From: an uncultured Thermococci archaeon
Lineage (GTDB): Archaea; CAYQAE01; CAYVLA01
Reading direction: 5' to 3'
Length of the DNA: 64,000 nt
Assembly (NCBI GenBank): GCA_964549615.1
Contig: CAZJVP010000048.1
Span: 1-64,000 of the forward strand
The notes beneath the pieces are model-generated. The model ran no database searches. It was not told where the DNA came from and was given only the letters and a program-made list of their open reading frames with translations. Every line of letters begins with the position of its first letter. Position 1 is the first letter of the stretch. A program made the position numbers and the translations under genes. Below are positions 31,469-41,290 of the stretch, one piece after another.

Positions 31469-32175
31469 GGATCCGGATCTCGGAAGTGCTATCATCGGAG
31501 TTCGTGCGAAGCGAAAGCGACTTTGAGCCCAGCTACGTCCTCACGCGCTTCAAGAAAAAGATCCACAGGGTGAAGGTGGTGGGGACGGTCAGGTCGCCGC
31601 CCATCTTCGGATCTGACAACACATACGCCCGGTTCCAGCTCGATGATTCCACCGGCGTCATATGGGTTTCCGCCTTCCACGGCCGGGTCGCCATGGTCGA
31701 GGGGATTGCACAGGGCGACATGGTCCAGATCGTGGCGACTGTGAACGAGTACCGCGGGAGGCTAGAGCTCATCGCCGAGTGCATCCGGAAGGTGAGTCCA
31801 AACTTCTGGTTGCTCCACCGCGCGGAGGCCGCAAGGTCAGAGCTTGAGGACAGGAAGGAGTATGAGAAGCTCAGATCGATCGCCGTACATGAGAGGAACA
31901 TCCAGGAGGCAAAGGAGGCCGCGAGGGAGATAGGCATCGACGCAGAGGTCGAACCCATCCGCGTGGAGATCCCGACCAAAGAGGATGAAGATCTCGGGAG
32001 CAAGGTACTGGGCCTGATCTCAGAGTTGGACGCAGGGGGCGGAGTCTCCCTGCGGGAGATAGCGCGGGCCCTGAAAGGATCTCATTCGGAGGATGAGATC
32101 GAATCTGCAGTAAACAAGCTCCTGGACGACGGCGAGATATACGAACCGACGGTTGGAAGATATTCTAGGATATGA
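31465..32175 (+). CDS. RPA middle subunit (RPA2/RPA32-like OB fold plus C-terminal winged helix)
   Basis: RVKVVGTV, LDDSTG, C-terminal LLDDGEIYEPTVGRY. Confidence 0.85.
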   Translation: MRIRISEVLSSEFVRSESDFEPSYVLTRFKKKIHRVKVVGTVRSPPIFGSDNTYARFQLDDSTGVIWVSAFHGRVAMVEGIAQGDMVQIVATVNEYRGRLELIAECIRKVSPNFWLLHRAEAARSELEDRKEYEKLRSIAVHERNIQEAKEAAREIGIDAEVEPIRVEIPTKEDEDLGSKVLGLISELDAGGGVSLREIARALKGSHSEDEIESAVNKLLDDGEIYEPTVGRYSRI

Positions 32176-32376
32176 GACAGAGGGCAATGCCCCGTCCATC
32201 CCAGCACGCTCATTCTTGGTGGCGGGCCATCTGAGAAGATTTTAATCCGGACAACGTCAGGTCGGGCCGGGCGAGATCTGATGCCCTTTGCCTGCCTGGC
32301 TTGAGGCCGCGCCCATCCGCGGTCACGTCTCGCCGTCTGCACCGGGTTGATTGGGGCTTCGGAGTCGTGACACTTC

Positions 32377-33360
32377 TTGGCGAAGGCTATCGAGATCAAG
32401 GACGTCACAAAGGTCTTCACGAGCAAGGAGGAGGGGAAGAAGAAGGTGCTCAGGGCGGTTGACGGCGTGAGCCTCTCCTTGGAGTACGGGGAGTTCGTCG
32501 GGCTTCTAGGTCCGAACGGCGCCGGAAAGACGACCCTCATCAAGATACTGGGAACCCTGATACTCCCCACGGACGGCACGGCCAAGGTCGCGGGCTATGA
32601 TGTGGTGAAGGAACCGGACAAAGCCCGGTCAAGTTTTGGCTGGCTTCACGGCGAAACCGGTGGAAGGGCACTCTACTGGAGGCTGACCGCGCTCGACAAC
32701 CTCAAGTTCTATGCGTCTTTGCACAACGTGCCGCCGGATGTGGCCAAGAAGAGGATAGACGTCCTCCTGGATTTCTTCGACCTGGTGGAAGACAAGGACA
32801 AGATGGTGAAGGATTTCTCCACGGGGATGAAGGTCAGGGTGATGCTTGCCCGGTCGCTTCTGGCCAACCCGCCCATCCTTCTCATGGACGAGCCGACCGT
32901 GGGCCTAGACCCGATCACTGCGGATGAAACGCGGAGGCTGCTAATATCCCTAAACAGGGACCTCGGGAAAACCATACTCTTCACCAGCCACAACATGTTG
33001 GAGGTGGAGAAGCTTTGCCATCGGGTCGCAATCATGCACAAGGGCAGGCTCATCGCGGACGGCAGCCCCGCACTGCTGAGCAAGCTGCATCGAGAGACGG
33101 AAGGGATAATCCTTGAGGTGGAAGCCACCCTGCAGCTGGAGCGCGTCAGGAAGGTCTTGGAGTCCCTACCCCGAGTTGAGGGCATCCTGAACGCTCAAGA
33201 GACGGAGGGCTCCTACATCTTCCAACTAGCAGTCGACGACGAGAGGGAAGCGCTGTACGAGCTGCCGGGTGAGCTGAAAAGGGCCGGCATCACCTTGACG
33301 AGCATCTCGCGTTCCAAGCCAAGTCTGGAGGAGGTTTTCCTTCGCTTGACTAGGAAGTGA
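32377..33360 (+). CDS. ABC-2 type ATP-binding protein
   Basis: GPNGAGKTT, FSTGMK, LMDEPT, PSLEEVF. Confidence 0.93.
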   Translation: MAKAIEIKDVTKVFTSKEEGKKKVLRAVDGVSLSLEYGEFVGLLGPNGAGKTTLIKILGTLILPTDGTAKVAGYDVVKEPDKARSSFGWLHGETGGRALYWRLTALDNLKFYASLHNVPPDVAKKRIDVLLDFFDLVEDKDKMVKDFSTGMKVRVMLARSLLANPPILLMDEPTVGLDPITADETRRLLISLNRDLGKTILFTSHNMLEVEKLCHRVAIMHKGRLIADGSPALLSKLHRETEGIILEVEATLQLERVRKVLESLPRVEGILNAQETEGSYIFQLAVDDEREALYELPGELKRAGITLTSISRSKPSLEEVFLRLTRK

Positions 33361-34253
33361 TGGCAATGACGCCCAGAGCGACGACGCAAGACGTCATAGA
33401 TGTTCTCAGGTACGATCCTCCCAAGCAAAGGTCCGACCTCAGGCAGACCTGGGCCGTCTTCGTGGCCAACCTGAAGATCTTCCTTTCGTACAAGACATGG
33501 GTGGCGACCGAGACCGTGACCACCCTGTCCTCGATAGCGATGTTCTACTTCTTCAGCTTCCTCGTGAACCCGGAACGACTGGAGGAAGCCGGATATGGAA
33601 GCAGCTACCTAGGTTTCGCGCTGATAGGCGTGGCGAGCACGAACTACCTTTGGATGTGCATAAACAGGCTGAGCCACTCGATGTCCCACGAGGTAAGGGA
33701 GGGAACGTTCGAGACGGTGATATCGTCGCCCATTCGGTTGAGGTCTTACGTGGTCGGGATAGCGATAAGGGGCTTCCTCGTGAGCTGCTACTTCATGGCC
33801 GGGGCTTTGACGATGGGCATTGCGCTGAAGGCGCCGCTCATCCTTAATCCTGGTACGATTTCGTCAGCCATTTTGCTCGTGCTTCTGCTCATCTCAAGCC
33901 ACCTCGGCATCGGGGTCATGGCGGCAGGCGTCATACTGGTCTACAAGAAGGGGGATCCCCTCACCTTCCTGTTCACCGGACTGACGGAGTTCTTCGGCGG
34001 AGTGCTGTTTCCGTTGCAGCTCTTGCAGAACTACCCCTTGGCTTGGGCTTTTGCCTGGGTCCTCCCCTATACACATGCGCTGAACGGACTCAGGAAGGTC
34101 CTCCTGTTGGGCGAGACGGTGTTCTCCCCGTCGGTCGCAACCTCGGCCGGGGTCCTCGTCGCGTACTCCGTCGTCCTGCTGCCCTTGAGCCTTCTCTTCT
34201 TCCGATGGGGATACAATCGAATTAGAAAAGAGGGGTCAACGACCACATATTGA
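33357..34253 (+). CDS. ABC-2 type permease
   Basis: About six TM segments, EVREGTFE, GVLFP, LPYTH. Confidence 0.88.
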   Translation: MMAMTPRATTQDVIDVLRYDPPKQRSDLRQTWAVFVANLKIFLSYKTWVATETVTTLSSIAMFYFFSFLVNPERLEEAGYGSSYLGFALIGVASTNYLWMCINRLSHSMSHEVREGTFETVISSPIRLRSYVVGIAIRGFLVSCYFMAGALTMGIALKAPLILNPGTISSAILLVLLLISSHLGIGVMAAGVILVYKKGDPLTFLFTGLTEFFGGVLFPLQLLQNYPLAWAFAWVLPYTHALNGLRKVLLLGETVFSPSVATSAGVLVAYSVVLLPLSLLFFRWGYNRIRKEGSTTTY

Positions 34254-34262
34254 GGCGGCCAA

Positions 34263-35141
34263 ATGAAGCGCGACTTGCTGATGGCAAACCTTGGGGACAA
34301 CCCCTCTCAGTACGGCCGGGTCGGGGCCCTTGCTAAGCTGAAGAGCTTCGTCATCAGGGACGCCAAGATATGGTGGACCTACAAGATGTGGGTCCTGCTT
34401 GATTTGATGAGCACCCTCATGTTCGTGATCACCTATGCCTTGGTTTCGCGGATCGTTTCCCCGGACAGGCTTGTCGCCGGCGGCTACACGCGAGGTGGAT
34501 ATCTGGCCTTTTCGGTGATAGGGATCGCGTTCCAACAGTACGTCTTCTCATCCGTTCTAGGCATCTCGGAGGCCATAAGGGACGAGCAGTGGTTCGGCAC
34601 CATGGAAACGATACTTTCGTCCCCGACAAGCTTCAGGATCTTCTTGCTCGGCGAGTCGCTTTTCAGGTTCATGATAAGCACCATCCTCCTCACGGGCGCG
34701 GTGGGGCTTGGCATTGCCCTCGGCGCAACCTTCGAGGTCTCCCCCGCCATCATCGGCTCGGTGGCAGTTCTCTCGGTTCTGATGGTTTTCAGCCATCTCG
34801 CGATCGGCATCGCCAGCGCCGGCGTAATCATGAAGATCAAGCAGGGGGACCCGGTGGCCTGGGCGTTCTCTTGGCTGACGCAGCTCGTCTCAGGCGTTTT
34901 CTATCCCCTGAACGTCCTCCCCAACTATCTCAAATGGGTCGGGCTCGCATTCCCCCTAACATATTCGTTGCACGGGGTCAGGCTCTGCCTGATGGGCGGG
35001 CGAACGATCGCTGATCCCGTCGTGGCCCGGAACGTTCTTTGGCTGTGCATCTTCATCGCCATCTCGATGCCGGTGTCCCTTTACATCTTCAGGATCGGCT
35101 ACGACTCGTCGAGGCGAGATGGGTCGCTCGGACAGTATTAG
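34263..35141 (+). CDS. ABC-2 type permease (paralog of the preceding gene)
   Basis: EQWFGTME, SGVFYP, FPLTY. Confidence 0.88.
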   Translation: MKRDLLMANLGDNPSQYGRVGALAKLKSFVIRDAKIWWTYKMWVLLDLMSTLMFVITYALVSRIVSPDRLVAGGYTRGGYLAFSVIGIAFQQYVFSSVLGISEAIRDEQWFGTMETILSSPTSFRIFLLGESLFRFMISTILLTGAVGLGIALGATFEVSPAIIGSVAVLSVLMVFSHLAIGIASAGVIMKIKQGDPVAWAFSWLTQLVSGVFYPLNVLPNYLKWVGLAFPLTYSLHGVRLCLMGGRTIADPVVARNVLWLCIFIAISMPVSLYIFRIGYDSSRRDGSLGQY

Positions 35142-35280
35142 CGCCGGTGACGCCCATCAAGTGCGCAAGTCATTAGCCGCGGGCGCGACCGGCCCAGCTC
35201 AGCTGGGGCGAGATATTTTAATAGAAATTAGGGGTCCTGAGCTGGCCGAGGCACAGCGAGGCTCCCATGGTAGGGCGAAC

Positions 35281-35526
35281 ATGAGCTTTAGAGTGTTTGT
35301 GTGCGAGAGCTGCTCATCGAAGGTGGGGATCGAAGAAAAGTCCAAGGAGAGACCGTCGGTCTGTCCCAAATGCAGGGGCATGCTGATGTCCGGGGGGACT
35401 TCCGAGGAGTTCAAGGGCAGCGTTGTGGTCTGCCCCGACTGTGGCAACTCGTTCTTGTACGGCGAGGCCCCTTTCAAGTGTGCCTTCTGCGACCATACAT
35501 TCAGGGACCAGTTCACCTACTTCTGA
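35281..35526 (+). CDS. Small double zinc-ribbon protein
   Basis: 81 aa with four CxxC pairs; AT-rich TATA near 35215; start refined to ATG 35281. Confidence 0.75.
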   Translation: MSFRVFVCESCSSKVGIEEKSKERPSVCPKCRGMLMSGGTSEEFKGSVVVCPDCGNSFLYGEAPFKCAFCDHTFRDQFTYF

Positions 35527-35593
35527 GCGGGACGTTTCCGGGCCGCCCTCAAATGACGGGTTGCGAGCGGCCCGGCGAAATACCCCCTTCGAC

Positions 35594-37252
35594 CTACGTC
35601 ATCCCGCCCATCCCGCCCGGCCCCATGCCGCCGGCTGGAGGCTTCTTCTCCTTCTCCTCCTCTTTCTTAAGCTCCTTGGCGGATATGACGTCGTCGATTC
35701 TCAGGATCATGCAGGCCGTCTCGACGGCAGACTTGATGATCTGCCGGTTCACATCGAGCGGCTGAATGACCCCAAGCTTGTACATGTCTGCGATCTTTCC
35801 TTGGAAGATGTCTATGCCCATCTGCGGGCCCTTCGTCTCATTCTGGGCCACCAAGTCTTGGACTATGTCGATCGGGTCAAGGCCCGCGTTTTCGGCCAGG
35901 CTCCTCGGAACGATCCTCAGGGCCTCCGCGAACGCGGAGACGGCAAGGCCCTCCTTGCCCCCGACGCTTGAGGCGTAGCTCTGCACGGCACGGGACACGG
36001 CGGCCTCCACTGCCCCGCCTCCGGGAACGATCTTGTTGTTCTCCAACACGTCGCCCACGACGCACACCGCGTCGTGCAGGGCCCTCTCGATCTCGTCCAC
36101 GACGTGCTCAGTACCTCCCCTTATGAAGATCGTCACCGCCTTGGGGTCCTTGCAGTCCTCAACGAAGATCATCTCGTCGCCGGCTATTTTCCTCTCCTGC
36201 ACGAGTCCGGCGCTTCCCAAGTCATCCTTGGTCATGTCGTTCAGGTTCGTGATGATCCTGGCTCCGGTGGCCCTGGAAAGCTTCTCCATATCGCTCTTCT
36301 TGACCCTTCTCGCGGCAAGTATCCCGGCCTTCGCCAGATAGTGCTGGACGAGGTCGTCGATTCCCTTCTGACAGAAGACCACGTTCGCTCCGACCTTGCT
36401 GAACTTCTCCGCCATGTCCTTCAGCATCTTCTCCTCCTCGCCCAGGAAACTCTTGAGCTGTTCTGGCGTGGAGATCTTGATCTCAGCATCGGTCTCCGTC
36501 TCCTGGACCTCGAGCTTGGCGTCAACGAGGGCTATCTTCGCATTCTCCACAGTCTTTGGCATGGCCGGGTGCACGACCTCTTTGTCTATGATCGCACCCC
36601 TGACCAGCTCGGTCTCAGAAACGCCGGCACCCTGCTTCTTGACCATGTTGATGTAGTCGACGTCCACCTCTGTCTTATCGCCCACCTTCTCTGCAACCAG
36701 CTTGGCCGCCTTCACGGCAACTGAGGCGAGGTGGTCCCTGGCCACGTTGGCTGCCTTGCCGGTCATCGAGGTCTTGGCTATGTTCTCGAGGGTCTTGGTA
36801 TCGTTGGGATCGATCGTCTTTGCGATCCTGTCGAGCTCCTCGAGGGCCTTTCTTGCGGCGGCCCGATACCCGCTCACTATGACGGTGGCATGTATGTCCT
36901 GGGCCATGAGCTCCTGTGCCTTGGTCAAGAGCTCGCCTGCCAGGACTACCGCCGTTGTGGTTCCATCGCCCACTTCCTCGTCCTGGGTCTTCGCAACTTC
37001 GACCATCATCTTTGCCGCAGGGTGCTCAACGTCCATTTCGTCAAGGATGGTCGCGCCGTCGTTGGTCACCACGATGTCCCCGAGGCTGTCAACGAGCATC
37101 TTGTCCATTCCCCGCGGGCCCAGGGTGGTCCTCACGGCCTCCGCGATCACCTTCGCAGCAAGGAGGTTGTTCTGCTGGGCGTCCCTGCCTCGACGCCTCT
37201 GTGTTCCCTCCTTGAGTATAAGCACAGGCGTGCCTGCCAGTTGAGTCGCCAT
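35594..37252 (-). CDS. ths: Thermosome subunit (group II chaperonin)
   Basis: [28 protein letters not shown]-repeat C-terminus. Confidence 0.98.
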   Translation of the reverse strand: MATQLAGTPVLILKEGTQRRRGRDAQQNNLLAAKVIAEAVRTTLGPRGMDKMLVDSLGDIVVTNDGATILDEMDVEHPAAKMMVEVAKTQDEEVGDGTTTAVVLAGELLTKAQELMAQDIHATVIVSGYRAAARKALEELDRIAKTIDPNDTKTLENIAKTSMTGKAANVARDHLASVAVKAAKLVAEKVGDKTEVDVDYINMVKKQGAGVSETELVRGAIIDKEVVHPAMPKTVENAKIALVDAKLEVQETETDAEIKISTPEQLKSFLGEEEKMLKDMAEKFSKVGANVVFCQKGIDDLVQHYLAKAGILAARRVKKSDMEKLSRATGARIITNLNDMTKDDLGSAGLVQERKIAGDEMIFVEDCKDPKAVTIFIRGGTEHVVDEIERALHDAVCVVGDVLENNKIVPGGGAVEAAVSRAVQSYASSVGGKEGLAVSAFAEALRIVPRSLAENAGLDPIDIVQDLVAQNETKGPQMGIDIFQGKIADMYKLGVIQPLDVNRQIIKSAVETACMILRIDDVISAKELKKEEEKEKKPPAGGMGPGGMGGMT

Positions 37253-37281
37253 GCAATCGCCTTGCTCATCTGTCTTATCGG

Positions 37282-37297
37282 TTATATATAAAGCTTT
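37282..37297 (-). promoter_or_regulatory. BRE/TATA of the thermosome gene
   Basis: AAAAGCTTTATATATAA on the minus strand, about 30 nt upstream of the ATG. Confidence 0.65.
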
Positions 37298-37354
37298 TCG
37301 GTCTCGAGGGTAGCGTTGCCATGCCCCAGCCTTGTTCCTGGCTGCAGGCTTCAG

Positions 37355-37990
37355 CTAGCTTCTTCCGATCCCGCTTCCCCATCCGCCCGTCTCATAGGAA
37401 AGGAGCGTCCCGTTTTCCACCAAGGCCGCAAGCCGATCGTCCATCCAAGCCGGAACAAGAATGGACATGCTCTGCCCCATCTCATCCACGGCAACTCCCC
37501 TACATGCCGCAAGGAGGTCGTGGATTCCGACGGGGCTGACCCCGGGACCGAGCCTTAGGAGGACAAGAACATAACCGACGTAGACGACCCGCCTGTCGGG
37601 GTACGTGGTCGCGATGCCCCCGCCATCGGCCGAAACGAGGGCATCCACCCCACCGTTCATCCCGACGACCTCGTATCCCTGTGCCTCGCCCTCTCCGCCG
37701 AGTTTGGTCACTAGAGCGCTCTCCCCGAGGTCCTTCAACGCTCCACGGGCTTCGTCGGCGATCGGAGCTTGGACTCTCTCAAATCCGCCCTCCTGCTCGA
37801 ATGCGCCCTTCTCCCCCGCCAGGATCAAGGTCCGATCCTCAACGGCTTCGGTTGTGCCTCGGCATCGAAGGCCGTACAGCAAGATCGATTGCACGGATCC
37901 TGCAAAAAGCCCCAACACGATGATCGCGGCCACCAACCTGTCCAATATCCCACGGGCCCCTGTGTCTAACGCACATAGGCGCTGGAACAA
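37355..37990 (-). CDS. Hypothetical protein with N-terminal TM
   Basis: 211-aa ORF with hydrophobic segment LVAAIIVLGLFAG; start uncertain. Confidence 0.5.
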   Translation of the reverse strand: MFQRLCALDTGARGILDRLVAAIIVLGLFAGSVQSILLYGLRCRGTTEAVEDRTLILAGEKGAFEQEGGFERVQAPIADEARGALKDLGESALVTKLGGEGEAQGYEVVGMNGGVDALVSADGGGIATTYPDRRVVYVGYVLVLLRLGPGVSPVGIHDLLAACRGVAVDEMGQSMSILVPAWMDDRLAALVENGTLLSYETGGWGSGIGRS

Positions 37991-38247
37991 TTCATATATC
38001 TATGCTGAAACGATCCGGAAGGGAGCAATTTAGCTTCCCACTGGTTTCCAGAGCGGCACATGGGGGCAATGCGGGAAGCCAACTTGCCGCCTGATCCGAC
38101 CCACCCGACCGATTTGGTCGGAACGAGACGGTCATCGGCCGCTTCGATATCCTTAGGTAATATTTAAGAAAAACGTTTGGCGATCATCGCTGCCGACGAT
38201 CCTCGTGGAGATCCGTCTTTCGATCGTTTTCTCCTGGGGAGATCTAA

Positions 38248-38607
38248 TTGCGAAGCAGGAAGACCAACGCGGTCATCGCACGCTTGATCGACTCCCTTAG
38301 GGCTCTCTCTCACGAGACAGGGGCAGCCATATGGAAGGATCTCTCCGTGAGGCTATCCAAGAGCACAAGGCGGATGCCGGCGGTCAACGTTGGCGAGATA
38401 TCCGCAAGAACCGAGCCGGAGGACCAGGTCGCCGTACCGGGCAAGGTTCTCGGTTTCGGCAGCCTCAACCACCGCGTGATCGTGGCGGGCGTGGGCTTCA
38501 GCGCAGCGGCCCGGAGGAAGATAGCCGCAGCAGGCGGCGAGTGCATTAGCTTGATGGATCTCGCCAAGAGGAACCCGAAGGGGTCCAAAGTCAAGATCAT
38601 GATCTGA
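38248..38607 (+). CDS. rpl18e: 50S ribosomal protein L18e
   Basis: AAIWK..RL.KSTRR..VNV, VPGKVLG.G; operon order. Confidence 0.95.
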   Translation: MRSRKTNAVIARLIDSLRALSHETGAAIWKDLSVRLSKSTRRMPAVNVGEISARTEPEDQVAVPGKVLGFGSLNHRVIVAGVGFSAAARRKIAAAGGECISLMDLAKRNPKGSKVKIMI

Positions 38608-38617
38608 GGAACCGACG

Positions 38618-39058
38618 ATGATCGTAGTTGATGCAAGCGACCAGATACTCGGAAGGATGGCCTCCATCGTAGCCAAGCGATTGCTGGAAGGGGAAACGGT
38701 TGCAGTCGTCAACTGCGAGAAGGCAGTGGTCACGGGCAATCCAACCGTCACGTATGCAAGGTACAAGACCAAGTATGATCTTGGACGCGTCGTCAACCCA
38801 ACCAAGGGGCCTTTCTTTCCCAGGACCCCCGATAGAATCGTGAGCCGCGCGATAAGGGGAATGCTGCCCTTCAGTAAGCCCCGGGGAAAGGCGGCTTTCC
38901 GTCTCCTCCGTGTCTACAGGGGAGTGCCTGATTCGCTGAAGGACGCCCCCCTGTTGAGATTCGAGGAGGCGGGCGTGGACCGCCTGGGGAGGAAGAAGTA
39001 CACGACGGTCGGCGATATCTCGCTTGCGCTCGGCGTCAAGAGGGAGATGGTGTTTTGA
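38618..39058 (+). CDS. rpl13: 50S ribosomal protein L13
   Basis: VDA..ILGRMAS, GPFFPRTPD, RGMLP. Confidence 0.96.
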   Translation: MIVVDASDQILGRMASIVAKRLLEGETVAVVNCEKAVVTGNPTVTYARYKTKYDLGRVVNPTKGPFFPRTPDRIVSRAIRGMLPFSKPRGKAAFRLLRVYRGVPDSLKDAPLLRFEEAGVDRLGRKKYTTVGDISLALGVKREMVF

Positions 39059-39459
39059 ACGAAGTACCGCTCACGGTCTCGGCCAGGTTCAAGCGGGCGA
39101 CCGCAAGGGCGACCCTCCGGGAGGGCAACGGCGAACTCAGGATCGACAGGAAGCCGCTCGACGTCTACGGGACCGAGCTGGCCAGAGAGAGGATACGCGA
39201 GGTGCTCTATCTGGCCGGAGACGCGACGAAGAAGGTGGACATCAGCGTTCACGTTGAAGGCGGTGGGATCTCGGGCCAGACCAATGCGATCCGCACCAGC
39301 ATTGCCACGGGCCTGATCCAGTGGACCAAGGATCCGAACCTGAGGCAGAAGTTCATGGAGTACGACCGTTCCATCGTCAAGGGCGACGCTAGAGTAAAGG
39401 AATCCAAGAAGGCGGGCCGCAGGAGGGCCAGGGCCAAGAAACAGAAGAGCTACAGGTAG
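39055..39459 (+). CDS. rps9: 30S ribosomal protein S9
   Basis: GGGISGQ..AIR, ARAKKQKSYR C-terminus. Confidence 0.96.
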   Translation: MNEVPLTVSARFKRATARATLREGNGELRIDRKPLDVYGTELARERIREVLYLAGDATKKVDISVHVEGGGISGQTNAIRTSIATGLIQWTKDPNLRQKFMEYDRSIVKGDARVKESKKAGRRRARAKKQKSYR

Positions 39460-39465
39460 GTTGGC

Positions 39466-39669
39466 ATGATCATACCGATTAGATGCTTCACATGCGGCAA
39501 GCTGATAGGGGACAAGTACGAGGCTTACAAGGAGCGGGTTGGCTTCGGGGAGAAGCCAGAGGATGTGCTACGTGACCTCGGCATCAACCGCTACTGCTGC
39601 AGAAGGATGCTGATCTCGCACGTCGACCTGATGGACGAGGTCATAAAGTACAAGAAGCCATCGGCCTAG
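39466..39669 (+). CDS. rpoN: RNA polymerase subunit N (Rpo10)
   Basis: [19 protein letters not shown]. Confidence 0.98.
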   Translation: MIIPIRCFTCGKLIGDKYEAYKERVGFGEKPEDVLRDLGINRYCCRRMLISHVDLMDEVIKYKKPSA

Positions 39670-39953
39670 ACCGTCTTGAACCTTCTGTCGGGCAAAGGAC
39701 CGACGTAGGGCGTGACCGAGACCTTCTCGTTCTTTGAGAGGTTGAAAACCCTGACTATCTCGGGGGCAAGCCCGATGGTCCCTGGCTCCACCTCGTCCTC
39801 GACAATCTTGCCTATGAGCGTCCCTATCTCGAAGTTTATCTGGACCCATTCGCCCGGCTCCAGTCCCATCTTCCTAATATCGTCCACGTTCATCTTAACT
39901 ATGTCGCGCATGTAAGCGCTCCTTGCCGCGAACTCAAACACCCGCCCCGACAT
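39666..39953 (-). CDS. Small standalone double-psi beta-barrel (CDC48_N/VAT-N-like) protein
   Basis: Two half-repeats IVKMN...[11 protein letters not shown] and IGLA...[11 protein letters not shown]; GGAGG SD. Confidence 0.6.
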   Translation of the reverse strand: MSGRVFEFAARSAYMRDIVKMNVDDIRKMGLEPGEWVQINFEIGTLIGKIVEDEVEPGTIGLAPEIVRVFNLSKNEKVSVTPYVGPLPDRRFKTV

Positions 39954-39968
39954 CGTCCCTCCTCCCGA

Positions 39969-41183
39969 TCACTCCCTCTCGATAAGCTTGGTCACCCTTA
40001 CCTCCTTGTACAGCCGCCTCCTCACCATCAGGCTCCAGAGTAGAAAGCCCGCGACCATCGAGGTGCCGGAGACGACGAGCCATTCTGCCATAAAGATCCA
40101 GAAAAGAGCCCTGTCCTTTGCTTCCAAGACCTCTTGGGTCATAGCGTCGAGTTCGGCCAAGAGGCTCGACAGCCCGGATCGGCACTCCTCCAGCTCCTGA
40201 ACCACGTACTGCTTGTCCACGGCTGCTTTGGCCGCGCCGAGCTCGCCTAGCCTCATCTCAACCTGCCTCAGATTGGCGCCGAACCTGTCGGCGAAGTCTA
40301 TCGTCGAGACAAGGTATGTCCTCCTGTAGTGGAACTGGTTGAAGAGCGCCCTTATTTCGTGTACGAGCTCGAGGTCCTGCGGGATGGGGACGCGCGCCGG
40401 GAAGTATATCAGATGCGACAGCACATCGATGTGCCACTTCCAGCGGTAGAAATCGGGCGTGCCGTGCCACTTGTGCACATATGCCACGGACCTCCCCTCG
40501 CCGTAGTCCCAGTAGACGATCACGGGCTTGTTGCGGTTGTAGGGGACCTCCGGGGACATCCTAGCCAAGACTGTGGCGCCTTCCCTCTCCCAGGGGCGGT
40601 TGTGCGCCCATATCCTTATCTCGTGCCAGGGAAGGTTGCGCATCAAGGGATGATCGCGGTACTCCTCCTCAACGATTATGTGGAAGCCGTGCTGCTCGTA
40701 GTATATCGCCGCCTTGTCGTCGACAGGGAGGATGTCCCCGATCGGGTGTAGATACCAAGAGGTGTGTCTGCCGCTGGTCGCAAAGCTCGACGAGTCGTCA
40801 GCCATCAGGAAACCCATGCCCTCGTTCCGGACCCCTTCCTTAACCCAGTTCTGAAAGTCGTCCCGCAGGTGGCTTGCATCCATCCCGTCCTCTATGACCA
40901 CATCAAAATTGTCGTAAAGCGCGCGCTGGCTTCTCGGCAGATACATTCGGAGACACCGGAAAGCCTCCTCGCCCATTGACCACGCGTGAGCCGGAACGGG
41001 ATAGTAGCTGATTCGAGGATCCTGGCTGAGCACGGGGCCTGGGTGTCCAGGGTAGAACCATGCCTTGCCGATGTGAAGCAGGCGAATCACGCCGTTGGCG
41101 TCGGTCCTTGCGTCGAACTCGCCCGATGCCTGGGAAAGTGCGATAGCGATGAGGACCGCAAAGGCGAACAGCCCTTTTCGCAC
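39969..41183 (-). CDS. Family A membrane protein, copy 2
   Basis: RCLRMYLPRS, RFGA, ALFWIFMAEWLVVSGT...WSLMVRRRLYKEV. Confidence 0.8.
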   Translation of the reverse strand: MRKGLFAFAVLIAIALSQASGEFDARTDANGVIRLLHIGKAWFYPGHPGPVLSQDPRISYYPVPAHAWSMGEEAFRCLRMYLPRSQRALYDNFDVVIEDGMDASHLRDDFQNWVKEGVRNEGMGFLMADDSSSFATSGRHTSWYLHPIGDILPVDDKAAIYYEQHGFHIIVEEEYRDHPLMRNLPWHEIRIWAHNRPWEREGATVLARMSPEVPYNRNKPVIVYWDYGEGRSVAYVHKWHGTPDFYRWKWHIDVLSHLIYFPARVPIPQDLELVHEIRALFNQFHYRRTYLVSTIDFADRFGANLRQVEMRLGELGAAKAAVDKQYVVQELEECRSGLSSLLAELDAMTQEVLEAKDRALFWIFMAEWLVVSGTSMVAGFLLWSLMVRRRLYKEVRVTKLIERE

Positions 41184-41290
41184 GCGTATCGGTAGGCCTT
41201 CATCTTAGAAAAACTTGCTGGTATCAGGCGCCAAGGATGCCATGGATGGGGTTTCAGGCTTGCGCGCGATTCCCCTTGACGAACCGGAAT

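Noticed and set aside
38010-38035. CCGGAAGGGAGCA resembling SRP RNA helix 8
   Set aside because: The upstream CCAGG strand and the rest of the SRP structure are absent.
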